Notes: generated from the letters alone by a model not told the origin. A stretch of 64,000 bases of DNA from Phoronis australis (GCA_002633005.1 NMRA01000351.1:417720-481719), one strand, 5' to 3'; positions 1 to 13,356 are shown, counted from the first letter of the stretch. Numbers and translations are program-made.

Positions 1-80
1 ACCTCACGTGTTGAAATGTCAAGCCACAGACACAGAGCTTGATACGTCCGCACACTGTATATTCACAATAACAGTTGTCC
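1..80 (+). CDS. Gene 1 HYR exon, duplicate partial copy (probably an assembly/haplotype duplicate of 2015-2094)
   Basis: Matches the 3' part of the HYR exon and ends at the same c|gtaagt donor; lies in the 1-1653 duplicated block that ends at an N. Confidence 0.5.
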
Positions 81-1842
81 GTAAGTACATGCACCACTCG
101 TTGTTGCAGGCGTCAGGGTTAAACCATGGCAACCGACATAGGCTTGGAGCCGGGGACAGTCGAGAAAAGAGAGACTACGAATACGAATTAGAGAGAAAAT
201 TCAAGAGAACATTTGACAATTCAGTATCAATGCATGGTTTACCCTTGCGAGGGCCCTGGCCAGGACAATGTTGTTAGGTACTCCGTTTTTGTTGCATACA
301 TGTAGGTCGTCTAAACGCACTTGAAAACATGTATCGAGAAAATTCTTTACGGAGCATATTAATTCATTGGAGTTTTAAATTCAATAAGGCAGTTTTGCAA
401 ATGCAGAAATGCAAAATTATATTTTCCAGAGACCCTTCTCTAGCAAAGGATAACAAAGACAACTGTCGCTCTATTTTTCGTATTTTTCTTTCTCTAAATT
501 GTATATCACTTGAGCAAATAGTTAGCTTGGCAAATAACATCAATTGCTGCGCATTTCCTGACTTTTGAAAATATAGATTTTTTCATATTTAAGGGCCTAA
601 CTCTTGAAGAGGGCCATTGATGACACCATTTTCGTGTTTTGATTGGCAAATTCTTAAGTGGCCGCTCACGAAGAGAGTGCCCAATGTTGGAATCGATTAT
701 CTCTATTTTCCTGTGAAATCGTACAACCGGCTTTCATGCTGAGGAAAGTCACTTCTTGCAAGTTCACCGGACTATGGAATGAAATGTCACTCTTTTTCAA
801 GCTTAATGATTGTCCCATTTCAGACGGCACCCCCTCTCTGTGGCGCGGTTCGGGGGGTCCTCTATACATGCAAATCCTACACTGTCAAGTATTCACGAGG
901 GGAAGTTGAGATTCTAAATTCATCAAAAACACAAAACAACGGTGCACAGTACAGCAGTGTCAAAGTATGCGTCCCAAACAACCAAAAATATGAAAAATAC
1001 AATAGAATTGACCACCATCAAATAGTTGGAATCTTAAAAAACGTGAAGATCACTGTTTGTGAATTACACGAAAAGGCTACTTCTGATGGTTAGTTTTAAA
1101 TAATGTTATATTTTTCTAATAGTACCTTAAGAATAGTATTTCTTTTGAAGGTCGTTTACAATGAATTCACAAATGTCGGAAAGCCTGTGAGCTACAATTT
1201 GTGATGACCGTGTACATGTTGAACGGGGCTACTCAAAATACTCGCAATAATTAACAAATATTTCAGCGATTTTTTTGGAATTCAAGCTAAACTCGTGAAC
1301 CGTTATAGGTAACTTGGAAATGAGCAAAAATACACCTTAATATGAATGCTTCATCTCCCATGTCCTCCACGTTACTCTTCAAAAATTTGCGATCATGTCT
1401 GCGGAAATTGCTTATAACATTACGTTTTGATAAAACAAATTCGTTGGTTTCTGATTTACGAAAACCGACTGGTTAATAAATGATTTTTAGCAATTAGAAG
1501 CTAATATTTTAAGAAATGATGATGTTTCAGTGAATTTAATTGAAGCCCAAATAGTAAAGTGCACTTGGACGCTTCATGCTTATCTAAAGTAACTCTCAGA
1601 CATTGATGAGGAATTAAGTCATTAAATCAAGGTAATGGCATGGATTCGATTGTNTGAATCCTTCTAGAACCAAGACAGTATTAACGAACAGCCGGTCTGA
1701 TGAGCCCCTGCATGAACGGTTGATTCGTTTTTATTTGATTTGTTTTCTTCCATTACTGTCGCTACGTTATAATGAGCTAGTAAGTTCAAATCTCCAAAAC
1801 CATCGAACTTTTACATGTATTCCACTGTTTATGTCTGTACAG

Positions 1843-2094
1843 GAAAAATTCCGCCAACTGTAAAGGGCTGCGTCAAGACTCTTAACGTTACAACGAAATC
1901 CCTAAGCGGGACAACCGTGAAGATACCAAAGCCATACTTCATTGACAGTCTTGGCCAGAACCTCACAGCAGACTGCGGCAAATACATCAGCGACGAGTAT
2001 ACGTTTCCTATTGGACCTCACGTGTTGAAATGTCAAGCCACAGACACAGAGCTTGATACGTCCGCACACTGTATATTCACAATAACAGTTGTCC
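1843..2094 (+). CDS. Gene 1 (SVEP1/Uninflatable-like TM protein) exon: HYR domain
   Basis: tacag| acceptor and c|gtaagt donor; 252 bp, phase 1-1; KIPPTVKGC...FPIGPHVLKCQATD...AHCIFTITV fits the HYR pattern. Confidence 0.85.
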
Positions 2095-5015
2095 GTAAGT
2101 ACATGCACCACTCGTTGTTGCAGGCGTCAGGGTTAAACCATGGCAACCGACATAGGCTTGGGGCCGGGGACAGTCGAGAAAAGAGAGACTACGAATACGA
2201 ATTAGAGAGAAAATTCAAGAGAACATTTGACAATTCAGTATCAATGCATGGTTTACCCTTGCGAGGGCCCTGGCCAGGACAATGTTGTTAGGTACTCCGT
2301 TTTTGTTGCATATGTACATGTAGGTCGTCTAAACGCACTTGAAAACATGTATCGAGAAAATTCGTTACGGAGCATATTAATTCATTGGAGTTTTAAATTC
2401 AATAAGGCAGTTTTGCAAATGCAGAAATGCAAAATTATATTTTCCAGAGACCCTTCTCTAGCAAAGGATAACAAAGACAACTGTAACTCTATTTTTCGTA
2501 TTTTTCTTTCTCTAAATTGTGTATCACTTGAGCAAATAGTTAGCTTGGCAAATAACATCAATTGCTGCGCATTTCCTGACTTTTGAAAATGTAGATCTTT
2601 TCATATTTAAGGGCCTAACTCTTGAAGAGGGCCATTGATGACACCATTTTCGTGTTTTGATTGGCAAATTCTTAAGTGGCCGCTCACGAAGAGAGTGCCC
2701 AATGTTGGAATCGATTATATCTATTTTCCTGTGAAATCGTACAACCGGCTTTCATGCTGAGGAAAGTCACTTCTTGCAAGTTCACCGGACTATGGAATGA
2801 AATGTCACTCTTTTTCAAGCTTAATGATTGTCCCATTTCAGACGGCACCCCCTCTCTGTGAGGCGGTTCGGGGAGCCCTTTATACATGTAAATCCTACAC
2901 TGTCAAGTATTCACGAGGGGAAGTTGAGATTCTAAATTCATCAAAAACACAAAACAACGGTGCACAGTACAGCGGTGTCAAAGTATTCGACCCAAACAAC
3001 CAAAAATATGAAAAATACAATAGAATTGACCACCATCGAATAGTTGGAATCTTAAAAAAGGTGAAGATCACTGTTTGTGAATTACACGAAAAGGCTACTT
3101 CTGATGGTTAGTTTTAAATAATGTTATATTTTTCTAATAGTACCATAAGAATAGTATTTCTTTTGAAGGTCGTTTACAATGAATTCACAAGTGTCGGAAA
3201 GCCTGTGAGCTACAATTTGTGATGACCGTGTACATGCTGAACGGGGCTACTCAAAATACTCGCAATAATTAACAAATATTTCAGCGATTTTTTTGGAATT
3301 CAAGCTAAACTCGTGAACCGTTGTAGGTAACTAGGAAATGAGCAAAAATACACCTTAATATGAATGCTTCATCTCCCATGTCCTCCAGGTTACTCTTCAA
3401 AAATTTGTGATCATGTCTGCGGAAATTGCTTATAACATTACGTTTTGATAAAACAAATTCGTTGGTTTCTGATTTACGAAAACCGACTAGTTAATAAATG
3501 ATTTTTAGCAATTAGAAGCTAATATTTTAAGAAATGATGATGTTTCAGTGAATTTAATTGAAGCCCAAATAGTAAAGTGCACTTGGACGCTTCATGCTTA
3601 TCTAAAGTAACTCTCAGACATTGATGAGGAATTAAGTCATTAAATCAAGGTAATGGCATGGATTCGATTGTTCTAAATTACGTGTTTATGTATCTACGAA
3701 AATGGGTTTATTGACAGATGATTTTATTACAATTATAAGCTAATCTTGTAAGAAATGACAATGCTTCAACGAACTTAGTTGCAGGCAGACATTGGAAAAA
3801 TTCCGGTTGTGCATGTATCATCAGATCCCCAAATATAAAAGTACACTAAACGATTTGATTTGTCTATCTGAAAAAAGTCTCAAAGATATTGATGAATGTC
3901 GGACAGCTCTACAAATTGTCCTAAAAATTTCCACAATTCAACTTGTTTATTGACTTAGGAAATAGATGAGTGGGTTTAAGTTCACAAACCGTAGATCGAA
4001 AAAGAAGTTTAAGTACTTAAATAAATAAAATTAAACTTATTTCTCATCAACTTGGAAAGGTTCTCTTTGCACTTCCTTGATATTGTTAGTTTCCAATAGT
4101 ATTGCGCAATGAATTTTCTTCAACAATCAATCATTTGCTTTCCCTTCCTGACATACTACACACACTGAGCACGTCATGACTGACGCAACCACGATGAAAA
4201 TAAGGTGTAATCATGCAGTGGACCTGTTCAGAATCTTAGTGATCCACGGGAGCTGAATTTGGGACACACTCTGTATAATTTCCCCCGGCCACAAGAAACT
4301 GGACTACTAGGTGGATGTGTTTCATCAAGGGATTTTGAAACGGCCACAAAGGCTCTCATACCAGGGACCACGGGACCTCACCTTTCCAAAAAATTCCTTG
4401 AAAGAATGGCCTTGATAAAATGAAGTTTTCCTGAAACTTGATCATAATAAAACAAATCTTGACTTTTGAGCCAGCGCAGAGGAATACGTACGAGCTAAGC
4501 TACCTGTCTCAAGTGAATCGCTGAGCTGACCAGTGACTAGCTCTAGTTCATCGAATCCACTGTTGGATCCCAGCTACCCGTCAGTGCGCTGGGCCTAAAC
4601 CCATTCTTATTCTCTGTGAAACTTCGTTGATTCACGGTAATTCAAATCCTGATAGCTGCATCTCAAGTATTTCCCTTCAACCTAGCTATGGCGGACGCCG
4701 TGGGGTCGGTGCAAATATGGTGACATCCAGAGAACGGGGTGGCGGGTGGCGATAGGAACGAGGTATGTTGGCGAAGTCGAATTGGTTTGTACCCCCACCC
4801 CAATAATTTTTGCCTTCCTACGGGCCTGATCAATCAGGCAAGGTTCTAAATGATACATCAAGGTGAACCAACAAATGGAATCCTCTTCAACTAGCACCTA
4901 TATGCATTCATTGAGCTATAGCATAGACTGTATTCAACTGCAACTTAAATGTACTGTATATACACACTTGGATACGACCTGATTACGATCTGATTTACAT
5001 GTACATATCTTCTAG

Positions 5016-5216
5016 CAAACAAATGCGCCAATCTGAGCGCTCCTGAGAATGGTGCCTTATCGTGTTCTAAATGGCTGTTCGGAATACTGTGCCAGATGTC
5101 GTGCCAGGTGGGATATGACATCATACCACAAGGTGCTTCCTTTGACGGAAGGTTCGCCTGTCAAGCTGACGGCAACTGGTCTCCAACTGGAGTCGTGCCT
5201 GATTGCTCCCAAATAA
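5016..5216 (+). CDS. Gene 1 exon: Sushi/CCP-like domain
   Basis: tctag| acceptor, a|gtatgt donor; 201 bp phase 1-1; NKCANLSAPENGALSC...CQMSCQVGYD...FACQADGNWSPTGVVPDC. Not in the ORF track. Confidence 0.85.
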
Positions 5217-5803
5217 GTATGTATCGATTATTGCTTCGCTCTTCCATTTTAGCCGAATGAATGAATGTGTGTCCAGTATGCTTATCCTGTTAACGGGAAT
5301 TGCAACCATCCCGAAGGGAAGCTTGGCTTCTATGATGTAGCCAGTGTTGCAGTGGTAAAATTAGAGGTACATGTAAGTAGGCGCCCAAAGCCCACCGTAT
5401 CACATTGAGCACTGTGGTGCGTAGGCGCTATACGTTCAAATGCCTACCTGCGCCTACGCCCCACTACAGCACTGGATGTACAGCGAATTAATGCCACCTT
5501 ACTTTTCACGCTTGGACCTTTCCCCACACACTCACTTCGTTAATCAAACCGTCCCTCGTTCCGTTCCTCAGAGACTCTACCCGTCGGCCCGTCCGCCCCT
5601 TCCTCCTTTTCAACCTCCCACCCTCCATCTTACCCTCCAAAACTCCTTCCGTCTGTCCCTACCTCCCTCTCCTCCTCGCACCCTCCCCTCACCCTATCAA
5701 CCTTCCACCCTCCCTCCCTCCCGCACCTCCTTCCTCCCGTACTTCCTCTTTCCAGCCGAGATCAAGCAAGCGTTCACTTGACAATCTTTCAAACTCATTT
5801 CAG

Positions 5804-6328
5804 GTAACCCAAACAGGTTGGCGTTGCCATCCGAATTATTCTACTATGTTGGTGAATGCGGCAACGAAACCGTGAATCAACAAATTAAAGAAAATTTCAT
5901 AAAGAGCCTCAACACCTCTGCGACATTTTCTTTCTTGTGCACTGACTACAAAGACCAATGCAACGCTGAGGGGGTATCTGTCAAATGTGGTCTCAAAAAC
6001 CCTCCAACTAGTCGTCGAGTTAAGCGATTATCTCTACGGCAATTCCGTGTACCAGCGGTAATCATCAATTTCAATCTTGTTTTAAACTTGCCTCCAGAGA
6101 TTCGTGAATTAAATACAACACAATACAGGGATATCTTCAGAAATTCTGAAGACAAACTTTACAGTGTCTTTGACAGTGTTAAGAGCGAAATTGTCAGTGG
6201 AAACATCAGCCTGGAATCCAGATTCCCAGAACTCAATTTAACACTTGCTCAAGACTCATTTGCTAAAGGCTTGGTCTCAGCAAAATGTCCTCCTGGTAAA
6301 GTGGCAGCGGCCGGATCAGGAACGTGTG
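5804..6328 (+). CDS. Gene 1 exon: SVEP1-type SEA-like region with furin site RRVKR
   Basis: ttcag| and g|gtaaga; 525 bp phase 1-1; YYVGEC...CTDYKDQC...KCG...RRVKR...IINFNL...KCPPGKV resembles the SVEP1 segment preceding the GCC repeats. Confidence 0.85.
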
Positions 6329-6633
6329 GTAAGAAGTGTTTTCTATATACATCTCAGCATTCTATGTTCTTTACCTTCGGGGGTCATGATGTGCCTTTGC
6401 TCTTTTTCAGTGTTCAGTTTATTTGAGTCAGCAGGCGTACAGGCTGTAGGTCAAGTTACGTACGTTCGGTGGAAGATGTGTAATTTAAACGACTTTTTAC
6501 TGATGAAGACTTTTTTACTTCGGTTTCGTAACCCATTAGTACAACAGAAGCTGTTAGTTGTTTGCGTTCTCGTATAGCATTGGTGAGTGAAATTACTGCC
6601 GTCATTAAATACGTCAAAACTGGTTCCATCTAG

Positions 6634-6789
6634 TGTCGTGTCCCGTGGGTCATTACTACCACACTGGCAGCTGTGTCGAGTGTCCAGTAGGGTTTTACCA
6701 AGACAAAGAAGCCCAGCTGCAGTGCAATCCTTGCCCTCTGGGAACAACGACTGCGCTACCTGGTGCCAATATTGACTCTTTCTGCGAAG
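6634..6789 (+). CDS. Gene 1 exon: GCC2/GCC3 (Ephrin_rec_like) repeat
   Basis: ctag| and g|gtaggt; 156 bp; VSCPVGHYYHTGSCVECPVGFYQDKEAQLQCNPCPLGTTTALPGANIDSFCE. Confidence 0.9.
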
Positions 6790-7149
6790 GTAGGTAGGTC
6801 TGCGCCAATTAATGTAAACATCCCAACGTTATGTTTAACACAACAAATGGCAAGTTCTCGTCAACTCTCCCCCCCCCCCCNCCCCCCCCCCGTCCACCTG
6901 ATGAAAGCTACATCCAATTCCATTCGTAAGCACTCGTTAGTCACATTATTATTTTTACTTCCGATAAATGTATTTTTGGGATTGTAGTTGGATTACATAG
7001 ACTTTTTAGAAGTTGTCAATTTTGACCAGACCCCATAAGCAGTATAAAGCAACAAATCCGTTGTGTTTTGTGACTTAGTTAGAAATCACTAATTACTTCA
7101 GATGTCTGCCAAACATTGTTCGCTGTAAGTAATCAAGTAATCAGCTTAA

Positions 7150-9269
7150 AGGAGAATGCCACCCGATTTAATTAGTCTTTTTACCGTCTTAATCGATCTG
7201 TATCCACATCACCACGTATATGGTGGATCTTACCTCAGCGAGAGGTGTCACGTTAACCAGTGAGGAAGGTGAGAAACGACGTAGCAACGTCAGTGGTTCT
7301 TCTACAGAGTGAGTGCCGCTGTGGTGTAGTGTATCGGTCCCGCTTGTGCGAACTATGAAGCTGCGAGGAAACGGGTATATTGTGTTTTCAATTTCCTCGA
7401 GAGCCGATAATGCTTCGGAAGTGCCTCACAGTAGTGAGGAATCAAAATTACGCCGTTAATACCAGCCTCCCGTTCAGTAACGCTAGGACCTCGCTAAAAA
7501 GCAAGACTTCGCGAGATTACTTGAGATATTGCCGTGCATTTTAAATGAGAACACGTGACGTTGACTAGGTTTTAGCTAGGTCCTAGCATAGGTCCTAGCG
7601 TCTACTGAACGCACGCTAGGTATGAGGCAGTGAAACATCTCCGTGTCTGACAATGGCCTGCATTTCGTCGGATTGGTTGTTGATCAGTTTTTGATTATGG
7701 AGAATTGTAGTTGGCCATGAAAACATAAACAATTACAATTAATTCAACGTGTGAGAACATAACGTTTTATATATTTAACCTGTTTGATAACTGACTCGTT
7801 CGTGAGGCTACTGTTTGGTTCTCTGGGTTTAGGATGTTCTAGTCAGTTTTTTTTTCTCAGCCCTAAGAAAAGTCGTAAGCACATCTCAGCTTAGATGAGG
7901 TCAGGATGGTCCGTGAGACACATCTACGCTTCTCCAAGAAGGCGTTTCAATTGCGGAATTTGAGGCAGCAAACGCAAGCGTCAATCGTTTCCATTATAGT
8001 GCAGTTAGCTCACTGACATCATGCCTTGGCAAGTCATTTAAACGGTTTTCGGAGTTATCCTCATGTTCCGTTGTCTGTGCACGTTCACGGAGCCTCTCTA
8101 TTATTTCTTGATCAGTGAATTCCGGTTCGAACTGTTCGACCTGTGAAGTCTTCGTCGCATGACCCCTCGTCGAAGTCAGAATTGCGAAGTTGCCACGTTG
8201 ACGTTTATTATTGTGCGTTCTGTTTCAAAATGAATTATTCTCATCCTAACCAATGCTTATATAAAACTGAAACAAAGTCTGTCTCATTTTTGATTAGATA
8301 TAATTTGTAATGCCTTGGAGTGTTCGTGAGTGCAAATGTTTTGAAGAGCCAGCAATGGATAATCACTGCGTTACCGGCTTTGCAATAAACTCATTTACCA
8401 GGCACCGAGGCCGTGTGAGCGCATGCTAATTCAGTGTTTGCTGACAGAAATCTGTTGTGAAACAATAGCTCGATTTGATATCCTATGGTCAGATATTAGG
8501 GAATCTTTATTTAGATATTCATATACATTGTTCGAATCATTGATACTGAACAACTTTTCCCCTGACGGTTCTGTGGAAGGGTAACCTGACTTCGCGGCCC
8601 CCGACGAGCTAGTAAGTAGATTTGCAGTTTCGCGACTAATTCACCAAAATAATGACGTGCAAGCTCACTAATATAATGTTTTCGTGAATGGAAGTTTAGT
8701 TTCCAACTTTGGCTGGTACGTGGTGTCTTCAATCCGGCCGCGATTGGCCCGATCGGGTTCTGGGCCACTGGCCGGAATAGCAAGCGTTTTGCGTGTTTAG
8801 ATATGAAAAAATCGTAAGTAAAAATTACGACACACAGCTATGTTATCCTGTCTGTATTTCAGGGACGAATAATTTGAATTTATCACCGAACAGACCCTAA
8901 ACTCCCGCGACCGATCTTGGTAAATTGGCCTACCGAACTGTAGGATGCAGTACGTTCAAATACTTAAAAATCCGTATCAGCAAAATAAAATAACTCGTTT
9001 GTTCAGTAACTCGATGTATTTTTAAGGGTTTTACATCGAATTTTGATGATTTATTGGTGTAAAACGATGAATTCAAGCGATAAGCTAACACTAGTAAGCG
9101 TAATGTGAACTGCTAAACAGACTGCATTCGAACCTCTGACGTCATTGGTTAATTTCAACACCTCCGTGTCGTCAGGTGTCGGGTAAAATAGATGTACATG
9201 CTGTTATCGAGTGGAACTAATCGATCTTAAGTGATACAAAATAGGTTGTTTTTATCGTGGCATTCTCCT
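7150..9269 (+). mobile_element. Kolobok-like DNA transposon derivative, copy 1 (intronic)
   Basis: TTAA|AGGAGAATGCCAC ... GTGGCATTCTCCT|TTAA (13-bp TIR, TTAA TSD, purine-purine end); decayed THAP start on + (~7330-7465) and a Cys-rich KolX/P2X7-ballast-like remnant on - (~7875-8140). Confidence 0.8.
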
Positions 9270-9796
9270 TTAATGCGCTAAAACTCTATGCCAAGTTTAA
9301 CCAGTGGGATTTAGCTCCACCAGCTGATCGTTTGACTGCAACCGCGGGGGTTCTAGATTCCACTTTGGGGTGATGTCAGATAACCTCTCTGTAGGCGATA
9401 ATCTCTCTTTGAGTGCAAATTACATTAAATTCACCATTGGCATGAATTTTTTCGCTATTCTACACGTACGTACTTTCCGTATGTGGAAGTAACATGTAAG
9501 CTCCTGGGGCCTACCTGTACTTCACTGAAGACTTAAACATACGACCTTTTACAGTATTCATGATATTTATATACACTTATGACAACCAAACAGTCACAAG
9601 ATTCCCTACGATTAAAACAAGTTTAAATATGTCATGAAGACTCACAGTTTTTTATTATAAATTAAAACTTTTTCTTTTTGAAATATTTAAGACGCAAGTT
9701 AACAGGTCGTAAAGTTGCGACTTTGAAGTGAAACAGGCCCCCGCATGCCGTCATTAGTAATAGGGTTGAAAGTTCAAAATTGAAATTTATTTTCAG

Positions 9797-9892
9797 AAAT
9801 CGACGACTGTAAACAAAACCCTTGTTCAAACAGCGGGACTTGTATTGACGGTCGGGCTAGTTTCACATGTGTGTGCCCTTTAGGCTTCACAG
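9797..9892 (+). CDS. Gene 1 exon: calcium-binding EGF-like domain
   Basis: tttcag| and g|gtacgt; 96 bp; EIDDCKQNPCSNSGTCIDGRASFTCVCPLGFT. Confidence 0.9.
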
Positions 9893-11072
9893 GTACGTAC
9901 GTCCTACAATTGCACCGAAGGCTTGAGTAACACATGTAACCAAGGAGCTTAGGTATGTCTACATCTAACAAGCAACAAATAAACATACAAACATATACAG
10001 TGTACATGTAGTCCGACCAATTCTTCTTCACGGAGTCCATAGATGTGTTTCACGACGCATGTACTTTCATTTATGTCATAACTTAAAACGTTGCTGTTCC
10101 AAAATCGGGTTCAAGTTTCTCGGTTAATTGAAACATTCGAGCACAGAGTAGGGGTAATTGACAAAAATACTATTTCTTTATACACATATCGCCACTGTAT
10201 GGAAGTGAAAAGAATTGAATAGACTCCTGGCGTTCTTTGTCTGTCTAATAGCAGAGCCCTATTTTTGTAACCAGTACCAGGAGCATTTCTCAGGGGAAAG
10301 AAAATATTGCCCAAAGTTGAGAGATCTCAGAGAGTCACCAGTTGATGACTTGGACAATTATACAGTACTATGATATGCGAAAGCACATCAGCATGATGCA
10401 AGTGTGAAGTATCATTTGTTTCCAATTCCAGGTATGGTTAATGAGCCACCGAGACGTAATCAACTTAAGGTGTTGGTTTTAAAACCCGTGATATGTGTAT
10501 AGTGTCGAAGGGTCCAGATGCGATGTATGGCCAAGCCTATTGAAGGCTTGGTCTAGTATAGAGTACGATCAAGAAGTGTTGCTTAATAGCATTAAATGAA
10601 GTTGACTAAACTCTAGAGCAGTGTTTGGCCAAAGGACGTTTATGAATTCCGTGAGGCATTAATGAAATAATTCGTTGAGAGGCGATGTTTTTACGAAAAC
10701 GAAATGAATGTTGCCGGCAAAAACTATATTTGGTGTCGGGACACTCACATATCGACAAGACCGTAGTGATACAGAACTTCTCATTCACGCCTTGGCTACA
10801 TGTTCATTACGTTCATGTTTGGCTCTGTCAAATATACGCCATATATTTGGATTTTTTACCTTTGCTCCCGAATAGGCCATCTGTCCAATAATCATCTCGG
10901 ACCTGTCGGCAGAAACTCACGTAATAGGGTGTCAATCAAATGTATTTTTACCGTGTGCTTGTTTCGAGTTAAATATCCTGATAAGTTCTACAACCTGGAT
11001 GGAAAAACATGAAACTGCCAAAAGCAAGGGTATTGCTTCAACTGGTCAGTAAATAACTTCATTAGAATGCTA

Positions 11073-13330
11073 TGTAAATGTGAGTCTGTTTATCACTAGC
11101 CATCCAAAAGAAAAAAGAGAATTATATCTAGATTAAAGCTTTCAATGTCTGTTGATTGCCTGCCGTCTTCGTGATGAAGTGGGGTTTACCACTTCATTTA
11201 CTCTTAGATGAGCTCTTGAAATTAGCGCGTTGGAAATAGTGCATAGGCGTATGAATCCCTCATCTCTGTTCATACATCTTGTCGTCTTTTTGATGTAAAT
11301 AGACGAGATGATGAACTCACATAATGCGATATCTCTGTGTACGAAGACTCCCATTGAGGATTCGTTGCTCATTATTAGGAACAGTGTATGGTCCCCTTAA
11401 AATTCTCCCAGATTCCACTTGGCAGTTCGGGGGTTCGAATGTCTGAATGGCCAAATCCTGGCTAATACGCAGCCTTGTCAGTCCGTTCAGCTATGTCTTC
11501 ATGCACCATCTGGACGAGAAAGCTCTGAATATGTCTCCTTTAGATATCAGACAGCGAATTTGCAAAAGATACAATGCCATTGTACGTTGAAGATATTTTT
11601 GAAATACTTAAGTGTGGTTATAGTGTCACCGAGCATCTCAACTCCATAGACACATAGGGTAACACCAAGGCCACTGTAGAAAAGCAGACCAACGACTCTT
11701 TAGCTTTCCCTGATGTCCGAATTATCATATCGCATGACTGTAGTCTTAAGATGGAAATATTCTAAAAATGCACACACGGCGACCAGTTTCTTCATTTCAT
11801 CTCGTGCCATCATCTTCATCAAAAATTTGGAGTAGTGCCCGCGGCCCATGTTGATGATCCTTTCACCAGCAATTAAGTGGGAACACAATAAGTGTACCGT
11901 AAACACGTGTCTAAGTGTGTGGTCACTACACCATATGTCAGAAGCCCATAGCATGTGCTTCAAAAACTACATTTTGATGTAGTCAGTAAACGAACCGTTT
12001 TAAGGGTTGGAAATTTGTACATTGAAAGTGTAGAATTAAGTCATATATATCACATTCGAATTGACAGAGGCGGATCTACAGGGGGGTTCAGGGGGTTTAA
12101 ACTCCCCCCCCCTCGGGACAGGATCAAAAATAAAAACTGGAAAAAAATCGCCAGAAAAAACGAAATTAGCTACTAAACATCCCAAAAAATCTTACACGGG
12201 AGGAGGGAAACCCTCTCGCGACATTCCTTCTCCTCGGCGCCCATCAAAAATTAATCTGCAAACGTCGAAATTGCGATTGCGTGAATACATTTATCAAGAA
12301 ATAATACGGTGAATATATCTTCAAGGAAATCAAGTCCCTCGAAAGAACTTAATATTCAATAGAATATTCGACTTTTTACTATTCGTTTGTCAACCTGCCA
12401 TTTGCATTGATGTGAACTCGTAAACCGAAACATTCATTTGGCTGATTGGCTGGCATCAGGTCACTACATGACGTCATTAAATCAAAACATGAGATTACAA
12501 GATGTCAGACGATTTGATTCTCCGTTGTTAGAAAGAGGCAAAAAGAGCAGGAATACTACTGTTAAGACCGTATGCGGTTTTCTAAGTACATTTGTACATG
12601 TATGTCAAGGGAATTTGATTTGATTAGTATAAACACACTCAGGAACAAGAATTTTCCTCGCATTCTTTTGGCTTATGCCCACTTCACAAATCGGTGAAAT
12701 GCTCTCCGATGGACCTTCGGCTCTGTATATGAGCTGAGTATTGGCTAATGTTGATGCAGTCATGAAACCGTGCCCCGTCATCAAAAATTTGCTGATGCAC
12801 TCCAAGGGCAAACGGGAAATGTATGGAGTCAGTGGGCGATCTTTAAAATCCCCCTTTGTTTCATGTGATAGTGTGTACATAGGTGAAACATCTCGAAATT
12901 GTGGTTATCGCCTTAAAGAACACAAAAGATGTATATATCATTTGTGTGAAAAAATATTTTACCAGGTGTGACAGAAAAGTTTCGATGAGACAGTTTAATA
13001 TAAATCTGTCGTTACTGAATCATTCAGTGAAAGAAAACCATGTGATAAACTGGGAGAGCAGCAGTCTAACTGTATGTCAAGAAGCCAACAACTACAAACT
13101 CAAAATGCAGGGGTCTCTTTACTTCAAACAGACGCTAAGGTGTATGGACAAAGATGAGAGCTCTCTACGCCTAAACCCTGTTTACGACGCACTACTTTCA
13201 AGTCATTCACCTAGTTGTGCAGGTAATCACCACGTACTGAGGATGGAAGCACCCAGTCAACAGCAATGTCAAAAATTCCAGTGATAATTCTCGTTTTTCT
13301 ATTGGATGGCTAATAAGAAGCTGACTGTGA
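11073..13330 (+). mobile_element. Decayed Penelope-like retroelement (RT + GIY-YIG) with an inverted copy of its 3' end upstream
   Basis: From 11583 + strand reads YVEDIFEI...TEHLNSID*GN...LAFPDV...KCTHGDQFLHF...HQKFGVV (Penelope RT, YVDD-like, with stops); 12741-13200 has CDSVYIGETSR...RLKEHKR...NHVINWE (GIY-YIG); ~11073-11330 on - is homologous to ~13110-13330. The EN part is repeated at 13644-14230. Confidence 0.8.
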
Positions 13331-13356
13331 TAGGTTTCAATTGGGGTTTTTGTCAG

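Larger units (their letters stand above)
1..3671. repeat. Near-identical duplication 1-1653 vs 2015-3671; first copy ends at the N at 1654
   Basis: Direct comparison shows colinear copies with scattered substitutions and a 4-bp indel. Confidence 0.9.

Noticed and set aside
329-1093. Short ORFs repeated at 2227-3111
   Set aside because: Intronic; they recur only because of the block duplication and have no motifs.
1697-1730. Hammerhead ribozyme (CTGATGAG core); a similar core occurs on - near 31190
   Set aside because: No stem II-GAAA-stem III could be formed by eye.
5440-5781. Pro-rich ORF (also 23210-23698)
   Set aside because: Produced by CCCT/GGGA low-complexity tracts; no splice or domain support.
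11425-11460. tRNA or SINE from a GGTTCGAAT B-box-like motif
   Set aside because: No cloverleaf or A box found.
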